A stretch of 62,212 nt of DNA, the filler included, from Gonapodya sp. JEL0774 (Eukaryota): NCBI GenBank assembly GCA_027604505.1. It is 30 parts of 30 records of this genome, joined end to end, with 100 filler letters (N's around TTAATTAATTAA, not from the genome) between each part and the next. Parts side by side here need not be neighbours in the genome. Positions count along the whole stretch, not along the records: positions 12,517 to 14,498 come from JADIIX010002377.1; positions 14,599 to 16,579 come from JADIIX010002378.1; positions 16,680 to 18,659 come from JADIIX010002379.1; positions 18,760 to 20,737 come from JADIIX010002380.1; positions 20,838 to 22,815 come from JADIIX010002381.1; positions 22,916 to 24,892 come from JADIIX010002382.1; 24 more parts are not named here. The stretch is one strand, 5' to 3'. The position numbers and the translations under genes were made by a program. Below are positions 12,517-24,992 of the stretch, one piece after another (position 1 is the stretch's first letter; every line of letters starts with the position of its first letter). The notes below the pieces were generated by a model, which searched no databases, was not told the DNA's origin, and was given only the letters and a program-made list of their open reading frames with translations.

Positions 12517-13771
12517 CCCTCCCAAACGATCACCGTCTCCGCCACCCCCTCTAGTGCCATTCTCCACGTCTCATTCACTCCAAACACGTACTTTCCCGTG
12601 TCCCGTGCGATCTCATCGAAGAAGGCTGCTACGACTCGCTTTTCATGGGCGAAGTGGACGCCAGTGAGTACAGCGGAGGACTGATCGATGGCTTGGTTGA
12701 GACCAGTGAGACCTCCGTAAGAAACATCAACTAGCTTGAGAATGGATCGGCGGAGACGAGGGTCCAGGAGTTCGGACTAGCATGATTTGATGTGGAAAGA
12801 TGCAGTGAGGGAATGTCAATCAGATTTGGTTACCGTATCACACCGGATACTGAGGTTCGGACGTCATCTTGCACAATATATATACCTGGGCCAATTCGGT
12901 CTTGAGCTCAGCGGATCCAGCCACAACCAACCCTTCGACACCAACTTTCTCCCCTTCCAAGAACACCTGCGCTGCCACTTCGGCGCACTTATGTATGTAG
13001 TTGTGCCTCTTCTCCTCTCGGATTCGCCCGAACCTTTGAGCCGATTGCCCACCACGTCCATGCTTCTTGGGCAGATCCACGGAGAATTTGTGGAGAATGG
13101 TGCGCGTGGAACCAGCGACGGTGGCAAAAAGGGCGCCGTGACCGTCTACCACTATGAATCCGAACTTTGTGGTTGGTTCGAGAAGGTCAAGCAGAGGCGC
13201 GGTCTGCGAGAAACATAAGTCAGCCAGAAACGTGCTGCTCCCACCACGATATCACTCACATGGAACTTGCTGTCACAGTAGTACAGAGGGTATGTGAAGG
13301 GCTTCCCGTACGGTTCGTAAACGGCGTTCACCTTCTTGCTTTTGCCATCCGCACCTATCGCTGTTCCACAGAACACGGCTATACCTGTCTCAGGCACTTT
13401 GCTGATCATTCGGAGCCGTGACTGGGCAGACTGAATTGCGGAGATGACCGAGCGTCTGTTGGTCGGTGATTTGATATTGGAGGCGGTAGAATGCTCGGTA
13501 GCGAGGAGATGGCGGACTCGAGAGAGTTGATCTGTGGGATTGAGGAATTGGATGGGTTTGCTCAGCTCTTCTAACACAATATAATACGCTCTCACAAGTC
13601 AAATAGCGAAAAAGCCCATGCAATCAACTGACCGTGCGGTGGTATGATCAGACTGATCATGCTGGTTCCGTCTCCACGAAGTTCGTTTAGATTTTTTATG
13701 AACTGTTTTATTCTCCAACTGCGCGTTTCCGTGTCGCTTGCGTCGGCGTGAGCGCCGGGGACGCGATCCAT
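12517..13771 (-). CDS. eRF1: Eukaryotic peptide chain release factor 1 (eRF1/SUP45), divergent copy, 3'-truncated
   Basis: Exons 13771-13633, 13531-13260, 13203-12886 and 12776-12517; [37 protein letters not shown] and DTGKYVFG motifs. Confidence 0.95.
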
Positions 13772-14281
13772 TGTGGTGAGAGTGGTAGCGGTAAATAATA
13801 AAAGAGGACAGCTTCGATGAATTTGATAGTGATATTGTTGGTGATCTGTGTGGCGCTCTGGAGTGTCTGCTATATGTGCGGTTGGCGAGAGAGGGGCAAG
13901 TGCATCCCGGCAAAACAACACCCCAGTAGGCAGAAGCTTCGACCGCCTCCCACAGCAGAGCAATAAACTCCAAGTTTTCCCTAATACGCTGTCAGTTGCG
14001 ATTACCGAATCGAAAAGCGAATGTCTGCCGCTATTGTTGGATTTTGCACCAGGTCCCAAAACGAATCGGCCCTAGACCACAGCAAGTCTCTTTATGTTAT
14101 TCGGCAGCTGTAATCACCCACACGGCACGCTCTTGCGACTCATCGTCTTCGTCCTTATCGGCGTCCACTTTGTACACGCATCGTTGCTCGATCAGCTCTC
14201 CTGCATCGTGACTGGCTCTTGCCCTAAAGCTTCGAACCCGCGAGGATCAATGCCCGAAACTCAGTGGATCGACGTATCCGA

Positions 14282-14346
14282 CGGTATTTCTTGTCAAGAG
14301 CTTGATGCTGGCTCGGTATTTCTTGTCAAGAGCTTGATGCTGGCTC
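14282..14346. repeat. Perfect 32-bp tandem duplication
   Basis: CGGTATTTCTTGTCAAGAGCTTGATGCTGGCT occurs twice in direct succession. Confidence 0.9.
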
Positions 14347-14598
14347 TTTATGTTCTGATTTCTTTCTCGAATGGTGACTCTTTCCGACGGTGGACCGTGA
14401 ACAACTTCATTCCCAAAAACGGCTCCAGACAGTTCTCACTTTATTCCCCTCCGCCACCTCGCCGTTCCGTCCCATTACGCTGATGCTCTCTCGGACATNN
14501 NNNNNNNNNNNNNNNNNNNNNNNNNNNNNNNNNNNNNNNNNNTTAATTAATTAANNNNNNNNNNNNNNNNNNNNNNNNNNNNNNNNNNNNNNNNNNNN

Positions 14599-16579
14599 TT
14601 GAGCGGTCACGGTGGTGGTGGCCTTCGCGGTGCTGGTACTAGACTTTTTCGAGGTGGCTGACGTGGCTGCAGATGGAGCTTTTGCGGTCGTGCCACTGCT
14701 GGCAACTGTTGTGGCATTGTACGTGAGAACGTCCCACACGCCGCTGCGCAATTGAAGAGCCCATCGTAAAAAGTAAGTCGAGCAAGACGCCATAGGAAGC
14801 GGTGGATCGCTACTTACTTAGAAAACACGATTCTCGACGTTGGGAGGTCGGCGAGGAACGCTTTGCGGGTGGCCGGGTCAAGAGTGTATGCTGCAGGTGA
14901 AGCGCCAGGACCGTGTGGACAGATCAGCACCCATTGACCTTCACTCTTCTACAACACATTTTCCAAACAGAACCACTCACAGAAATCCTCAATGACACCC
15001 GGAATTGTGTCCTCCTTTTGCCACTCGAACAGCCACGTACTTCGGTAGTTTGGGAACTGGTCGAAAACGCTCGCTATGGCGGTTTCTCGCCACCAATCTT
15101 GTTTGAGCAATAAGCGTGTGGCGTTGGCGTTCGTACCAGTGTATGTGATGTCTGGTGATGGAAAGGGATCGAACGACGTCAGCTTCAAACGGACTTTGAG
15201 AGATTCCGACATGCCGAACTGATCACGTACGCATAACACTCGTCTCCGCGAGACAGAACGGCTTGTTCTTCCCCGTAGAATACAGTTGGTAAAAGTTGGG
15301 CGCTTGAGTATTTGTGCCCGTTGCGTAGTCCAGGCCCGTCATACCGCGGGCAAACATCCCTACGTATGGCTCGTCGGGTTGACCGTCTGTGTTGAGAACA
15401 ATGGTGGAGAGGAGGACGTCAGCAGCATATCGAGGGATGAGATGAAACCCAAATGCAGAGTTCTCACAGGTTTGTCCTGCGTAGTACATGGACAGTCCTA
15501 CCCAGTCCACCACGTCATCGCCTGGCCAGTACAGCGCGTCTACAGAGCGGCAAGATGAGGATAAATCTCCGTTGACACGAGTCACAGCGACACGAGAAAC
15601 ACTCACACGGGTCGTCTCCACCTCGGATCCACCCGTCCCCGTCTGTGTCCAAAGCGAGGAGCTCGGTCCGGTTGAGCATTCCGTACCCGGTCGGATCCGC
15701 CGCGAAGAACGTGTTGTTGGTGATGGGAATATCGACTCCCCATGGATATCCTACGCCGCTGTGCAAAGAGAGAATACAAAATGACTGAGAATTCGGAACT
15801 CGGATATCGAATCGGTGGGTCTCCCGGAACCTACACCTGCGGCGCCCACAACATCGCGGTTTGTCCACACGTTGAGCATGCCTGGATCGCGTTTGCGATT
15901 GCACGGAACGCGGCGCGGTACTGGGTGGGACGCATTGCCCAGGCGGACCACCTTTTGAAGGAGTGAGAGTCAACGAGAGAGTGTGAGAGAAAAAAAATGT
16001 CCAAGTTCGTGAAGTGAAGAGTATCCTGGCCAGTGTCGGCTGTCCAAAACCATTTCAAGTGCTCATCGGACCAACTCACCACCCGTTCATCTCGTGGGCG
16101 AACCTCAAGAGCACACTCACGCCCCTCGTATTACAATAGGACACCAAATTCACCACATCCTGCACGGCCGTCGCATTGTTTATCGCCACATTCAACCCCC
16201 CCACCGTGGGCTCCAGCGTGATCATGACCTGCGCCTGGCTCCCGTCGGCACCGGCCTGCGGGTACAGGGCCTGTCCGAGGGTGCCCGTGAAGAATCCGAC
16301 GTCGGTGGAGACGTCAAGTGGGAATGGGAGGAAGATTGACCAGGCGGAGAGGGAGATGGTGGCGCGTTGAGACCAGTGGTATGGGGTCTCGGCGGTCCAG
16401 TCGACTGGGTTCGGTCGAACGGAATAGAGCAAGAAAAAAACAAATCAGCATATGCAAATTGAGATAATGACGCCCTTCGTCGAGTCATTAGTCTCGAACA
16501 CTCTCTCTCCCTCCAAGAGTTGTACCAAACACCCATCTCCACTCCACTCACTATGCGCCCCCATGTACACCTTATTCCC
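14599..16579 (-). CDS. Glycoside hydrolase family 26 (beta-mannanase-like) with Ser/Thr-rich linker, multi-exon, partial
   Basis: MITLEP, LLRFAHEMNGW (acid/base), MLWAP, YWPGDDVVDWVGLSMY, KPFCLAETS (nucleophile), WLFEWQKE. Confidence 0.9.
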
Positions 16580-18759
16580 NNNNNNNNNNNNNNNNNNNNN
16601 NNNNNNNNNNNNNNNNNNNNNNNTTAATTAATTAANNNNNNNNNNNNNNNNNNNNNNNNNNNNNNNNNNNNNNNNNNNNCTCCAAAGATCCATCTGTTCT
16701 CGGCGAGTCTACTCCCGTCCGACCAGCACTACCTCGGTTGGCCACCGATGCCAGAAGTCTCGCGCGGTCAGAGATTCCGAACAGAGGTCCGAGCAAAGCG
16801 CCACTACGTAGAGGCGGAACATTTGACACTGTGACTGGCCACGGTCAAGGGGACTTGACCTCCATGTTGTCGACTGAAAATCTTGGGGGATTGGATCGTA
16901 AGTTCTCTTTACGTCAAGTCAACTGAGCACGCGATCTTCATCTAACAGGCGTGCGTTGATCCCGTCTCCAAAGTTTCGAGAGATACTCTGGATCAGCTCC
17001 TTGTTGGAAGGCACATAACCCGGGAGGTAAGTCAACGATAGATAGAAGGTTATGCAACCCACCAAACAAGTCCATTTCATCTTTCCTGCCCATTGAAGGC
17101 GTACGTGCTCTTGCGGGCGGTTGCTGAACGCTGATTGACAATTGCCATTTCTTCTTTCTGAATTTGTGTGTGAGGGCAACTGGTGTGGGCACTAGGTGGA
17201 GCTAATGCGGAATAAGCGGTGAAATTGTGGCCCGGATGTATGTTTGTCTGTTCATCTGTCTGTCTTTCGCTCCTAAATTATGATGAATATATTTCTGCGT
17301 TGGTGGCTGGGTGTTGTTTGTGGTGACTGCATGCAATAATTTGTGAGCCCTATCTCACTTGTCCCCATGTGTCAACACTCTACTCCCTTCATGGTCTGTC
17401 AACGGTCAAGTCAAGAGATTTTTGTTGAACATACTACTTGAGATGGCTCAATATAAGAATATAAGCATATGGAGTGATGGATAACGTATTCTCTTCTCCA
17501 ACTCGTTTTAAACCCTGCACGGTAGGTCACTCCCTATCTCAACCTCCTTTTCGAGCGCAAATTCACCTATCGCTCGCTCACTCAGGGGCAACCTCAGTAG
17601 TAGCGTCCCCAGATATGTTCTTGCAATGGGGACTTCCAGTGCCACAACTTCATGCTGTCATGAGTCAAGTACCTGACCGGCGCCAACCAAATAGATGACA
17701 TCAGATTGCTTGCACTCACTCGTAATAAAGACCTCATCGTCGGACAAGCGTTTAGGGTAGCCCACCAATGCTCGCGGCTCAAAACAGTGTCCTAAGGGCC
17801 AAAGAAGTAACGTTCCAAGGAACTTTGTTCCCCCATCAGCAGTTCCTTCGACACAGAGTAATTCGCGGTGGTGATTGGTGATGTCGGTACTTGGCTCATA
17901 GATTTTACCATATGGGAGCCAGCGTTCCACTTAGAAGGGAGAAGCGAAACCTCTAGACGGAGATGATGGTAGCAAGTGGCTCTCTCGAGCACCTAAAGAT
18001 AAATCTTGGCATGCTGATGAGAGCAGTGGGCCCGTTATTGACTTGCTTGATGCTGTACAATGTGAACTCACTTGGATGAATAACCCGTTGACCGATTCGT
18101 TCGAGATATCTGTAATCAGCGAGTTATCAAGCCTCGCTGGCAATAACGGCGCTGATTGCCCTTACCCTGGTTGGGCTGAGTCTGGTTGAGTCGCATGCGA
18201 TCAATGCCAGAGCGGTTTGTATCAAGGTGCGAACTTTACCGGAGATTCCCAGGTTCCGGAAAGTATGCGCCTCTATCGATGAAGCACGATTGTATCTGGC
18301 ATTGTGAAGACCTGTTTGTAATGTGTGGCTTTTCTGCATCATATCGCGATCAACTTTGAAAACGAACACGTCAAGGAAAACAAGGCAAGTAGCAGTAACC
18401 CGTCCAGAATCAGCCTCAGAGCAGAAAACATGAGACCTGCCGCTAAACGGAGGTTCGTACTGTGAGCTGTGGAGCTTCTTGTCACGACGCAACCGCAGGG
18501 CTGATCGGAGAAAGCGCGACGAACCGGGCACCTCCGCTCGCGGCTTGACTAATCTCCTCCTAATCCTGACTCTTCGTGCAGTTGCGGATATGAGGTAACA
18601 AAGGCGAGGTGCCGGAGGAGTGGGGAGTGGAGAAAGCACGTCGCCAAACGACACCCAGCNNNNNNNNNNNNNNNNNNNNNNNNNNNNNNNNNNNNNNNNN
18701 NNNTTAATTAATTAANNNNNNNNNNNNNNNNNNNNNNNNNNNNNNNNNNNNNNNNNNNN

Positions 18760-19190
18760 GGCTGGTGAGTTGTCATTTGTGGATACATTCTTGCGGTGTG
18801 TGGGATGTTGATATTATAGGGACCTGTACCGCGGAATTCGCTTCCCATTTTAGGGACTTACGATACCTCTTGTAACGGGACCTGTTATGCCAGAAGTTTC
18901 CCTTCTCTGCGAACCGCACCTCATGGGACAAAGTAAGGACTCCGGCTTGTTACCGAATCGAACAATAATCGCGTATCTCATCATTTGGTGTGTCGCTCTA
19001 CTTTTCAGTGTACTCGTGCTACAACACGGCGTTTTCTCTCGGCTCCACCGTCGGCCCTATCGTTGCGGGCGCCCTATACTCCGCGTACGGGCTGCTGGCT
19101 GTGGGAATCGCGACTGCGGGAGCATGCCTTGTTGCGATACCTTTTCTCGTGGCGTACTATAATCGAGCACCACTTGCTCGGCATCAGTGA
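18760..19190 (+). CDS. MFS transporter, C-terminal exons
   Basis: MPEVS..YSCYNTAFSLGSTVGPIVAGALYSAYG followed by a final TM helix. Confidence 0.7.
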
Positions 19191-19572
19191 CGTCTTCATC
19201 ACCTTGTTGCATTCCGCTCCAGGACGAATATCATCACAGTATACTCGGAGTGCTGATATTCGAACGGGGTCTTCAGTTTATGTGCCGGGCCCACACTAGT
19301 TGTATTAGACTAGATTCTGTATGCACCTTTTCTTCTGTTTTGAGATCCTGTGTTCGACATACGGGCAGTGTAGAGCACTTCACATCAGACCTTATACCCT
19401 TTGGCCTTGTAAATGCATTTTGATTTCTCGGATTGGCAAATGTGCTTTTTCCGGAGTGAAGGGACACACAGCGGTCTCCGCGGCCGAAAATTCTCCGCCC
19501 CCCCTTGACCGAACTTCTCTTTCCTCGTATCGCCCGATTCACTCCAAACCACAATTCAATCTTCAAACGGTG

Positions 19573-20737
19573 ATGGCACCTTTCCTGTCCACTCTTGCCA
19601 CGATTCCCTTTGGCCTCGCGGCTGGTCGCCAAATGACTGGCGCGCTTGGATACTTTAGGAAAAGTCTTCCCGCCGACGATCCATCAAAGAATGTCACGGC
19701 CGTTTTGACGGGGTTTGGACCAGCTGATGCTTTTCTCAAGGTAATCGTGCCGGTGAGTGGAGTCGGTCGTGGTTGCTGTCACGTGCATCTTTCGAACTCT
19801 TCTCCACCCTACAGTTCTTCAGGAACGCTATCGCTGACCGAGCTGCTGGTGGCTGGCTTCAACTTTTGTCTCAAGTCATGGTACGTTCAATTGGAAGGAA
19901 CAGAGCCTGGTGGGACGATAAGTTCATTCCGCATTGGCTCACTCATATTCATTAAAATTTCTTCAACCCAAGACACCCTGGCTATTCTATGCTTCGATCG
20001 AGGGTCTCAAGCCCGACGGCCGTGTTGCTCACTTCCTTTACCCGTCCATGGCAGTCTTCATGCAGGTGAGAAAGGTTCAGAGTGCCAATCCTTCAGGGAA
20101 GGGAAGAACGTGTTTATATGTACAGATTGATATTGATTGATGACTTCATGCTCATCGTACTTCGATCACCTTTGTAGCTTGCAGGCGTTGGACTGGCTAC
20201 TCCGCTGGTGTGGGTTCCAGTGCTCTTGAGCTCCGGACCAGCTCCCGGTCCTCTCCCCGCAACACCGAAGACGACACTGGGACTCGGCCTTTTGCTTCTT
20301 GGTCAGATCGCTCATCTGTACGTCAGTGCAAACATTACGTCCAAGGAACCCAGAGGGTCTAAGTATATCACCCTTTTCCAAGTGGTGAGTCTGCCCTTGT
20401 ACACGGCGTGATCCATTCAATGTCGATCTAAATACGGTGCACAAAATGTTGTTTCCAACTCAGTCCCCATCCTTCATCTGGCTCACTTGGTCTTTTGTGC
20501 CTCTCCTTGATGACTCTTCGGCGCTCCTGTCGTTGATTCCCGCCGCCTCTCCATCAGCTGCCAAATTCGTCTACCTCTCACTCGTCCCCTTGACATTCCT
20601 CCTCCACGTTCGATCAGTCGCGGGACTCCTCCGAAATTCGTCTCGCTTTTCGGAGCTTGCATCAGCTTTCAACGCTACTGAGGCGAGAAAGACCCCTGGC
20701 AAAGCGGCGGCCAACTTCCTCGCGTGGGATTTCGTTG
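19573..20737 (+). CDS. Multi-exon integral membrane protein of unknown function, 3'-truncated
   Basis: ATG at 19573; hydrophobic exons joined by GT-AG introns (LTGFGPADAFLKVIVP|FF.., QLAGVGLATPLVWVP..). Confidence 0.55.
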
Positions 20738-21124
20738 NNNNNNNNNNNNNNNNNNNNNNNNNNNNNNNNNNNNNNNNNNNNTTAATTAATTAANNNNNNN
20801 NNNNNNNNNNNNNNNNNNNNNNNNNNNNNNNNNNNNNCTCCCTCCCTTGGGTGTGTTCGTTGGCCACCAGCACCAGGGCACCACCGTTTTCCATTTCACC
20901 CCACACGTCTGGCAAACTCGGGCACGATCCAAACATCACGTGACACACACACACACACGATTCGATTGATGCCGTCACACCCACGGACCCCACCCATCAC
21001 ACCCATCACACCCATCCCATCCCATCCTAACATCCCATCCCCACCTTCACCACCCCTGACCAACCAGCCCGACCAACCAACCCTTCCAACCGCCACCCAC
21101 CCCCGGTCCAGGCCCTCAACTCAC

Positions 21125-21640
21125 TGTTGCCATTGTTCTGGTAGACAAAGTTCGAGAGGGACGCGACGATGCCGCGTTGGCTGGGGCGGGGAGCGGGGGT
21201 GGGTTGGGTTGGAGTCGAGGGTGGAGTGGTGGGTGGGTTGAGGGTGGAGTGGAGTAGAGTGGAGTGAGTCGAGGTGTTGGGTAAACTGGTCCAAACGGCC
21301 ATCACCGGCCCATTATGGACCGCAGAGTTCAATCGCCTCCGGCGGACTCTGCCTGTCGCTGGCGCTTGGGCGAGAAAGGGTCAATTGGTCCATATGGGCC
21401 TGTGAGGCCCATATGGACCTCTCGGGATCAATCGCCTCCGGCGGACTGTGCCCGTCGCTGACGCTTGGGCTCGCGCACTCACTCTGGACATACGACGAGA
21501 ATGATTGCGTGGACACCTGAACTGGAAGGCTTTGGAGTAGGGAAACGCGGGATGAGCGGGGGGTGCGAGGGGTGGGAGGAGGAGGAGGAGGAGGAGGGAG
21601 TTGGGATGGGAGTGGGAGTGGGAGTGGGAGTTGTTGCCAT
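21125..21640 (-). CDS. purU: Formyltetrahydrofolate deformylase (PurU-like), N-terminal ACT-domain exons
   Basis: Exons 21640-21483 and 21180-21125 splice to AIILVVCPDQRGIVASLSNFVYQNNGN, which matches the PurU ACT start (CPDxxGIVAxVSxFLxxxGxNI). Confidence 0.75.
21307..21480 (-). repeat. Intronic GC-rich hairpin repeat (two copies plus a perfect 15-bp stem-loop)
   Basis: Copies at 21329-21374 and 21429-21480; GGTCCATATGGGCCT-GTG-AGGCCCATATGGACC at 21387-21419; a further copy at ~22740-22785. Confidence 0.85.
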
Positions 21641-22185
21641 TGATGGGGATTGTGATGTGAGATGTGATGTGATGTGAATGAGATGCGATGTGATGTGAGA
21701 TGGCAAGAGAAAGATTTGAATGACGAAGGTGGATTGGAATGGGGAATGGAAAAAAAGGAGAGGGGGACAAGAAAAAGAGAAGGAGGAATGGGGGCGGGGG
21801 GGGCAGATTTGAGACTGGGGGAAGGAGAGGAGAGCGGAAGGAGCGGGCCGAAGCCAACCAAGGAGGGAGAGGGCGATCCCAGGGACTTGGACCGTGCACT
21901 CCCTCCGTCCTCACTTCTTTCCCCTCTGCTGCGGTCACACTCGATCAAGGACAGTGCTGTGGTCTCGGGAGGGGGGAGTGACGTGTCCCGAGGGTGTGGT
22001 GGGGAGAAACACGAAGTGGCATCGGGTCGGGTCGGGTCAATTGGATCTGCCTGATTCACATACATTACAACACAAGAGACGTCGCGTCGCATCGGATCGG
22101 CATCGGCATCGGCATCGGGTGTTCTTGTTCTCTCAATCCCCTTCATCCTCTTCATCCCCTCTCCCCCTCTCTCTCGCCCCCCACC

Positions 22186-22705
22186 ATGCACTCTGTGGCC
22201 CCCACTGCCCCCTCCCTCCCCTCTCTCCCCTCTCCCACTCTCCCCCCTTCGCTCCCCCCTTCTCTCCCACCCTCTCCACCCTCTCCACCCTCCATTCCCT
22301 CCTCCTCCCACTCAACCAAACTCCCTCCCCACCTCTCCCTCGCAGCGGGCGCTCTCTCTGGCGCGGCTTCCCTCTTCCTCCTGCAGCCACTCGTGAGTCG
22401 GATTGTCCCACTCGGCGAACCATTGGAGGGGGGGCGGCGTACTCACACAACGCTCATCGTGCACTCGACACGACCCCCAATCCCTCTCCCTCCCTTCCCT
22501 GACCCCCCTTCCCCTCCTCTCCCTCCCCCCTACTCCAGGACGTCATCAAAACCCGCATCCAACAACCTCCAAATCCTCCAATTCCTCATCCGAATCCTCC
22601 CTTACCCCCGTCCGCCTCCCTTCCCTCATCCTCTTCCTCCTTCTCCCCTCAACCTCCCCCTCCATCTCCTTCACTCCCTCACTCTTCCCTCACCGCTTCC
22701 ATACG
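22186..22705 (+). CDS. Mitochondrial carrier, Hem25/SLC25A38 (glycine carrier)-like, 5' exons
   Basis: HLSLAAGALSGAASLFLLQPL|DVIKTRIQQ; the carrier signature PxDxxKxR spans intron 22393-22538. Subfamily call is tentative. Confidence 0.75.
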
Positions 22706-22717
22706 GTGAGTTTGCCG

Positions 22718-22815
22718 TGCGCGAGCGTCAGCGAGCGCCTCGCCCAAGCGTCAGCGACGGGCACAGTCTGCCGGAGGCGATTGATTCCTCGCGGAGTGAG
22801 CGTAGCGAACGGAGC
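22718..22815 (+). repeat. Third copy of the intronic hairpin repeat
   Basis: GCCCAAGCGTCAGCGACGGGCACAGTCTGCCGGAGGCGATTGAT matches the reverse complement of 21429-21472. Confidence 0.85.
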
Positions 22816-22915
22816 NNNNNNNNNNNNNNNNNNNNNNNNNNNNNNNNNNNNNNNNNNNNTTAATTAATTAANNNNNNNNNNNNNNNNNNNNNNNNNNNNN
22901 NNNNNNNNNNNNNNN

Positions 22916-24393
22916 AGAAACAACAGTATGTCGTATGACCTACAAGATAGACCATCGAGACTGCCACCCATCGAGCACTGGATAGCATGAATCACGCGTC
23001 AACTCCAAGCTTTACGTGGAAACCCAGTAAACTCACAAGAGCAGCCAATCGAGCGAGCTACACCGTAAGTTAGGTTTAGCTTCAGATTTCAAGTTGTAAT
23101 AAACTCGAATAATTCATTGATCTCACCGATTTCGCATTTGAAACTGTATACGCTGCAGGCGACTCCGCTTTCCGAATGTCCTTGGCGTTTGCACCTTCAA
23201 ACTCTGCCATACGAGTCGCTGTATACTTGGCACGCAAGCTTCCTGGTTCAGGAACGCCGAGTGACTCTGCGATCGATACGTCCAAGTCGATGGTGCTCAG
23301 AACAACCGCGAACAGATCTGGTACGAATACGTAGCAAACCTTCAAACTTCTTGTATTTGTCGCTCTGGATCACGCCGGAAAAGCGCGCTTCCATGGCGGG
23401 ATCGTCCACGGGGAACCCGGGATAGATATCGGTCCCGAGAGCGGGATTGACAACCTCGCGAATGAACTGGCCATGTGATTTGCCCAAAGTTCTTCGGATA
23501 ACCTCGTTGAGATACTGTAGCAGGATGAAAGGTACGTGTCAATACTTCCAACAATGCCATTCAAGTGATCAACGCTGAGATGCACGAACCCAGCCTTGAG
23601 TAAGACCGTGGTAGCACTGCGAAGAAGGTGCAGTAATATCAATGGAAATTCGAAGATGAGACGTCCATGAGTACACCCACCTTCTTGTATTCACCGCCGT
23701 ACTCGTGCGGCTGACCTGCGATCTTTCGAGCCATTGCATCCAAGTCTGAAAGCTCTGAAATGGTCGGTTTATGGTCCGCATCAAGGAATGGGACTCCAGC
23801 TGAGAGTTCGGAAGTGAAGTCAATGTAGATTGTGGTGAGATTTCTGTTTGCAACATACCGGTGTGATGGCAAAGGTCCCGGATTCGAACATGCCCTTTCC
23901 CGCCTTCTGCAAATTCTGGCCAGTACTTGGAAACGAGATCGTCGTATGCGAATAAACCTTTCGAGACACAATGTGCGACAGTAACTCCTTGCTGGGATTT
24001 CATCGTACGGAGTTTGACCGGGATACTTATTATGTCGGGATCACATATGCGGTAATACAAAAGGCGACATCACTCACGACAGCTTTGCCGCTGGAGAAAA
24101 TGACTGTCATTGTATCATCCGTGAAAGGACGGGAGCGCTCCTTGTCGGCCCAACCTCCCCACAACCTCGCAACTTCTTTCCCATCGACTTGATTCAGAGA
24201 CGAAGTGGTGCTGATAAGTAAGATTCATGGCAAGTTATAGGTTGACATAAGTACGTAATGCCTCACCATATGCGGAGTAGGCAGCTCCGACTTCCTTGCC
24301 ATCTACAAAGTTCTGTCGAAAAGCTGCCTCCACTGCTTCAAAGCCTGGCAAGACGAATCCTCCAAATGGGATATCTGACGATTCAACAGTCAT
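22916..24393 (-). CDS. Beta-lactamase-family serine hydrolase/esterase, multi-exon, 3'-truncated
   Basis: GFEAVEAAFRQNF..EVGAA, LWGGWAD, IFSSGK (SxxK), DDLVSKYWPEFAEGGKGHVRIRDLCHHTAG, YHGLTQGW. Confidence 0.9.
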
Positions 24394-24992
24394 TCGGGTT
24401 TTGGTATGCCCAATGGAGTTGCGTGAGGGTTCTGTTGGTTTGTTCGGATCGTTTTTGGCCGGTTGCAAATCAGCCGAGATCGTGCGACAACAGCTTCCTC
24501 CGAACACAGTCCTCGCGTGTTTCGTGCGAGCTGAGGCACGATACTCTACAAAAACTACGAGTAATTGCGCATGGGCCCTCGCTCCACTTGAACCGCGAGC
24601 GGGTGACCGGAGGTGACACTAATTGTGGAATCGCGTTTCAAGGGATTGACAGAGAAACCATCGTGTAACTAGTATAAGGTTGTTGAATTTTGATAATATA
24701 GAGGGTGAATCATACAGATGCGTGGTCAACCCTTGGAGGACCACCGTATAGTTGTTATACATGCCGAACAAACAACATCCTCAGTACATTTGGAAGACTT
24801 CGCATAAAACTAAGGCACTGCGTGAATATATGATGTTGAGAGTAGGTACCAAGCGTAATTGTTCAATTGGTTTCCGTCTCAGGCGCACCCGCNNNNNNNN
24901 NNNNNNNNNNNNNNNNNNNNNNNNNNNNNNNNNNNNTTAATTAATTAANNNNNNNNNNNNNNNNNNNNNNNNNNNNNNNNNNNNNNNNNNNN

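Noticed and set aside
21313..22863. Long overlapping ORFs (332, 289 and 202 aa)
   Set aside because: Low-complexity C/T-rich DNA lacks stops; the real coding parts are the short PurU and carrier exons
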